DNA of 64,000 nt from Macrostomum lignano. Lineage: Eukaryota. The stretch spans positions 434,001 to 498,000 of the forward strand of contig NIVC01000513.1 of assembly GCA_002269645.1 (NCBI GenBank). Direction: 5' to 3'. Shown in pieces: positions 59,299 to 64,000 of the stretch (its first letter is position 1; every line of letters begins with the position of its first letter). Both the position numbers and the translations under genes were made by a program. Below the pieces are notes generated by a model. The model had not been told where the DNA came from, ran no database searches, and saw only the letters and a program-made list of their open reading frames with translations.

Positions 59299-60182
59299 CA
59301 GGGCGTCGCCATTTATTTTATTGTGGGAGAGGGGACAAAGCCAAGAATTCTACATCTACACTGTACATTATTTTCAGAATTAGTGTTTTCAGCGCTGATT
59401 TTACACTCATTTTGGTGCCGCAGGCGCTCATTCTGGTGCCACAGGCACATTTTGGCACCACAGGCACTCATTTGGCACCACAGGAACTCATTTTGGCGCC
59501 ACAGGCACCCATTTGGCACCACAGGCACTCATTTTGGCACCACAGGAACTCATTTTGGCACCACAGTCACTCATTTGGCACCACAGGAACTCATTTTGGC
59601 ACCACAGGAACTCATTTTGGCGCCACAGGCACCCATTTGGCACCACAGGCACTCATTTTGGCACTGCAGGCACTCATTTTGGCACCACAGGAACTCATTT
59701 TGGCACCACAGTCACTCATTTGGCACCACAGGAACTCATTTTGGCGCCACAGGCACTCATTTGGCACCACAGGCACTCATTTTGGCACCACAGGCACTCA
59801 TTTTGGCACCACAGGCACTCATTTTGGCACTGCAGGCACTCATTTTCTTACGCCTTTCTTATAGCTCTATCGATATTTATAAAGCTCTTCGTTCAGAAAA
59901 TTAGGATTCTATGTTAATTTTTTATTCTACCGTACAATTGCACATTTCTTGTGCCTAAAAATCATTAAAATGGCACGGCAATCACAGACAATAAAATAGA
60001 TTCATAAAACCGAATAGTTGATCGAGCTGTGCCATGCAAATTCTTATGGAAAGTTCCCATCTTCGTAGTGTATTATTCGGCGAAAAGTGGCCTTCAAAAC
60101 ATTTTTCATAGATTATGAGTGTTGCGTCTTTCTGCTTTAGTAGTCCTTGCATGTCCCCTGTCCCCCGGTGGCAACGCCCCTG
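59299..60182. mobile_element. Probable hAT-type MITE containing a 20-21 bp minisatellite (59410-59845)
   Basis: CAGGGCGTCGCCA ... TGGCAACGCCCCTG imperfect TIRs. The 8-mer ccccctcc lies on both sides (59290-59297 and 60183-60190), with a 1-bp offset on the left. Confidence 0.55.
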
Positions 60183-61349
60183 CCCCCTCCAGTAGGTAAA
60201 CAGGGTACCGGTTCAATTTGTTCAATATAAGTCGCCTTCACAAGTAATTATGCTCTTAAGCTGCTTTAAAGTGTCAATGTGTCCAGGGCTTAAGCACATA
60301 GTTGCACCTTGAAAGCTACAGAACAGACACTCAAAAAACTCTCATAGCATAATTGTGGGAATGATCGAAGCCGCTCATCGTCCTTCATTGTTGTTAAACG
60401 TCAGAATTCCGCCCAGTTTTTCAATTAAAAGTCTCACCTAGACTTCATTTATATGGAGGCTCTTTGAGCTTCTGTAGTTCCCGCGGTTTTAGAAGATGAT
60501 GAGCATATCTAGCCATGACGTAGATGAAGCCTACTGGGTGTCCACTTGGGTCCAGTTGCAGATTGCCTTAATTAATTTGGCCACTGCCCGATAATAGAGG
60601 ATGATGGTGTGCTCCTAATTCCCGAGCACTGCAGGTGTGGCAGTTACTTTGGCTATTTTGTGCATTGGCGCTCGCAAACTCACCTTGGCGATTCCTCACA
60701 CGCCCTTCATGAGCTCACGCGTATCCACACACGCATGCACCCACCCACCCAGATCTCTGAGGAGTTCCGCTGATATAAGTAAAGAATTTTAATTAAAAAA
60801 GTGAAGATAATTACTAATTGTCTCGCGAACTGAAGTGCTTATATATTGTTGGCAGATTAAGCCTGAAAACACGAAAACGCCCCAAATAGTCGCAAGTGTA
60901 CGTTTTGTCTTGACCAGCGATTTTAACAAACTGCCCGTAGAATTTAAATAGCAATAAAATAGAAAAAATAGCAATGTCGTTAAAAGAATATTTTCAGAAA
61001 AAGTTGGTCTTCAATAAAGTTTAACAGAAACGAATAGAAAAATACAAGGATTCTCCCGAGTGAACCACTGGTTAACCAAATCATTCCACTGATACTTATA
61101 CAGAGATAGGAGGCTTCTATTTTCAGCAAAAAATGTTATTGCTTTTGATTTTTTAGTTATATTGATATTCATTAAGCTTCTCGTAAAGAAAATTAGGATT
61201 CTAATGTTAATTTTATATTCTACGTACTTGATCTTATACGTACTGTGCCTAAAAATCATTTACGACAAAAAATGGTAAAACTTGACTCGCTGCTTTTACG
61301 AACCGGTGTTATTATTACGTTACAAATTTTCTTACACAATCATTAGGCT

Positions 61350-61669
61350 AATAATAATAATATCAGTAATAATAATTATTTTCACCTGCCCTAAGCGCCA
61401 GATGTGCAACCGACAGCTCAGCCGCAGCTATTGCGCGGCGCATCTGAAGGCTGCGTACGGCTGTTCAGTCCATGGACTGGGGGGGGGGTCGCCACACACC
61501 CTCAATTACCCCAGCTAATGCTGGCACCCATTTTACAGCTGGGTGAACTGGAGCAATGCAGAGTTGAGTGTCTTGCTCAAGGACACAAATTGTTCCAGTG
61601 AGATAGGGAATCGAACCCCCGACCTTTCAGTCGCGATTCTGACGCTCTCACCACTAAGCTACAGCCCCC
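61350..61669 (-). mobile_element. tRNA-derived SINE with a conserved central (CORE/Meta-like) domain
   Basis: Minus strand: GGGGCTGTAGCTTAGTGG (A box), GGTTCGATTCC (B box), GTGTCCTTGAGCAAGACACT..CACCCAGCTGTAAAATGGG, and a (TTA)n-like tail. Confidence 0.8.
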
Positions 61670-61675
61670 AGGTTA

Positions 61676-61960
61676 CAGACATGACATCTTGTAACCTGTT
61701 AGACATGATATTCTGTAACCTGTTAGACATGAAATTCTGTAACCTGTTAGACATGACATTCTGTAACCGGTTAGACATGACATTCTGTAACCTGTTAGAC
61801 ATGATATTCTGTAACCTGTTAAACATGACATTCTGTAACCTGTTAGACATGACATTCTGTAACCTGTTAGACATGACATTCTGTAACCTGTTAGACATGA
61901 AATTCTGTAACCTGTTAGACATGACATTCTGTAACCTGTTAGACATGACATTCTGTAACC
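61676..61960. repeat. 24-bp minisatellite (gacatgacattctgtaacctgtta), ~12 copies
   Basis: Direct inspection; same family as 62640-63210. Confidence 0.95.
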
Positions 61961-62326
61961 AAGAAACGTATAGTTTCCGTTCTTCTACTTAAGTCGTCCT
62001 TCATTACAGCATGCAGCGATGCACAATCACAGCGGAGATACATTCATGAGCGCCAAAGTGAGGGAGTGTGTGTGTCAGGTTGGTACGGGCAAATTTCACT
62101 GCAAAATGCACTGGCGAGATGGCAGGACATTTTCAATGTGTTTTTTTAGCAAGAAAATTGGGCTGTAAATTTCCTCCCATCTCGCCAGCAAACTTTGCAG
62201 CTGATTCACGGGTGCTGTTGAGTTGTCCACATAGTCTCGTACTAGCTAGCTGGTAACAACTGCATGCAATAGAAAACCGGAGTGTCTGCTCTCATCTCTG
62301 AGCCCCATCCACCATGAACTCAAATC

Positions 62327-63465
62327 TCAAGGCTCAAGTTCGTAGGCAAGATTCGAGGAACCATTGACTCCGATGGTGTTGCTGTGGTAGCTGTCGCCGC
62401 CTCGCCCGTTGCCATGGTATTCGGCCGAGTTCGAATTCAAATTATTCTCTGGCGACTTCCGCTTCCGGCAGAGGCTTAGCGGAAATGTGTCCCTAGGGCC
62501 CAGGGTGAACCAGTGGCGCAGGGTGTAGCGAGTCACCAGGCCCTGGGCTACCAGTTCGTGATCCCTGATGGGAGTTATGGCCTTGGCGAGGCTCTGCAAG
62601 TGAATGAAGAGATGCATGCAAGAGGTGAGAGTTGATTCTGTTACCTGTTAGACATGAAATTCTGTAACCTTTTAGACATGAAATTCTGTAACCTGTTAGA
62701 CATGAAATTCTGTAACCTTTTAGACATGAAATTCTGTAACCTGTTAGACATGAAATTCTGTAACCTTTTAGACATGAAATTCTGTAACCTGTTAGAAATG
62801 AAATTCTGTAACCTGTTAGACATGAAATTCTGTAATCTGTTAGACATGAAATTCTGTAACCTGTTAGACATGACATCTTGTAACTTGTTAGACATGAAAT
62901 TCTGTAACCTGTTAGACATGACATTTTGTAACCGGTTAGACATGAAATTCTGTAATCTGTTAGACATGAAATTCTGTAACCTGTTAGACATGACATCTTG
63001 TAACCTGTTAGACACGACATCTTGTAACCTGTTAGACATCTTGTAACCTGTTAGACTTCTTGTTACCTGTTAGACATGTCATCTTGTAACCTGTTAGACA
63101 CGACATCTTGTAGCCTGTTAGACATGAAATCTTGTAGCTTGTTAGACACGACATCCTGTAGCTTGTTAGACACGACATCTTGTAGCCTGTTAGACATCTT
63201 GTAACCTGTCTAAGGACAGTCCGAATGTGAAACGCGCACTCACCCGATAGTAGATGATCACAATGATTGCCACCAGGGGAATCAGAGCAATCTGGGAGAA
63301 GCACATGACCCAGCCGATTACTTTGCCGCTGATAGGGTACTGGTATACATAACTAGCATCCGCTGTGCGGTTCGGGAACAGTTCAGGGTGGTACTCGGTG
63401 TACTGGTAGGAGTACAGGAAACTGCTGGGATCGGCCAGGGAGATGCAGTTGAACACGATTATCAC
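62327..63465 (-). CDS. SLC6 Na+/Cl- neurotransmitter transporter, DAT/NET-like; last two exons (63244-63465 and 62327-62593)
   Basis: TM12 region YQYPISGKVIGWVMCFSQIALIPLVAI. The C-terminal SLAKAITPIRDHELVAQGLVTRYTLRHWFTL resembles DAT/NET LAYAIAPEKDRELV..VRQFTLRHW. Splice sites are canonical and phase 0. Confidence 0.85.
62640..63210. repeat. 24-bp minisatellite in the last SLC6 intron
   Basis: gacatgaaattctgtaacctgtta repeats. Confidence 0.95.
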
Positions 63466-63526
63466 CTGGAGTGGGTTGAGGCAATCAATTTATTATTTTT
63501 TAGTTGTACTCAAAACTCAAATAAGG

Positions 63527-64000
63527 AGGAGGAGAGGGTGGGAGAGGGTAAGGGAGGAGAGGGTGTGAGAGGAGAGGGTACGGGAGAGGGTGAGGGAGGA
63601 GGAGAGGGTGTGAGAGGGTGTGGGAGGAGGAGAGGGTGGGAGAGGGTGAGGGAGGAGAGGGTGTGAGAGGAGAGGGTGTGAGAGGAGAGGGTACGGGAGA
63701 GGGTGAGGCAGGAGGAGAGGGTGGGAGAGGAGGAGAGGGTGTGAGAGGGAGAGGCAGGAGGAGGAGTGGGAGAGGAGGAGAGGGTGGGAGAGGAGGAGAG
63801 GAGGAGAGGGTGGGAGAGGAGGAGAGGGTGGGAGAGGAGGAGAGGAGGAGAGGGTGGGAGAGGAGGGGAGGGTGAGGCAGGAGGAGAGGGTGAGGGAGGA
63901 GGAGAGGGTGTGAGAGGGTGAGGGAGGAGGAGAGGGTAAGGGAGGAGAGGGTGAGGCAGGAGGAGAGGGTGAGGGAGGAGTAGAGGGTGGGAGAGGAGGA
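63527..64000. repeat. Purine-rich minisatellite (ggaggagagggtg core) in an SLC6 intron
   Basis: Direct inspection; the plus strand is almost entirely G/A. Confidence 0.9.

Noticed and set aside
61600-61669. tRNA gene on the minus strand
   Set aside because: The A and B boxes run straight into a SINE body and tail, and there is no proper acceptor stem, so it is a SINE head.
51072-63210. CRISPR-like appearance of the 21-33 bp arrays
   Set aside because: The units are head-to-tail with no unique spacers, there are no cas genes, and the context is eukaryotic.

Overview
Eukaryotic (animal) genomic DNA. The GC-rich exons, minisatellite-filled introns and CAG tracts suggest an invertebrate, possibly a flatworm such as Macrostomum (inference only). 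Positions ~1-43154 are a nest of mobile elements built on scrambled, partly self-nested copies of a Maverick/Polinton-like family. Its visible parts are protein-primed DNA polymerase B (pPolB) pieces, a retroviral-type integrase fragment, an intact dUTPase, a decayed tandem PC4-like gene and an unknown spliced Cys-rich gene. It has long TIRs ending 5'-ACTAC and one clean 6-bp target-site duplication (TSD). The pPolB gene carries GT-AG introns inside catalytic motifs B (NS^LWGKF) and C (YCDTDS^), at the same positions in different copies. No capsid, packaging ATPase or protease gene was recognised. Inserted into this nest are a piggyBac, three RNase H-group LINE copies that all sit at CAG/CAA tracts, a Loa/R1-like LINE, and a gag-pro-only LTR element with an accessory ORF. 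Positions ~43155-64000 are host DNA: satellites, MITEs, a tRNA-derived SINE, a complete 7-exon WDR3/Utp12 gene with a minisatellite in every intron, and the last two exons of a dopamine/noradrenaline-transporter-like SLC6 gene. All homology calls come from recognising motifs by eye; no database search was run.
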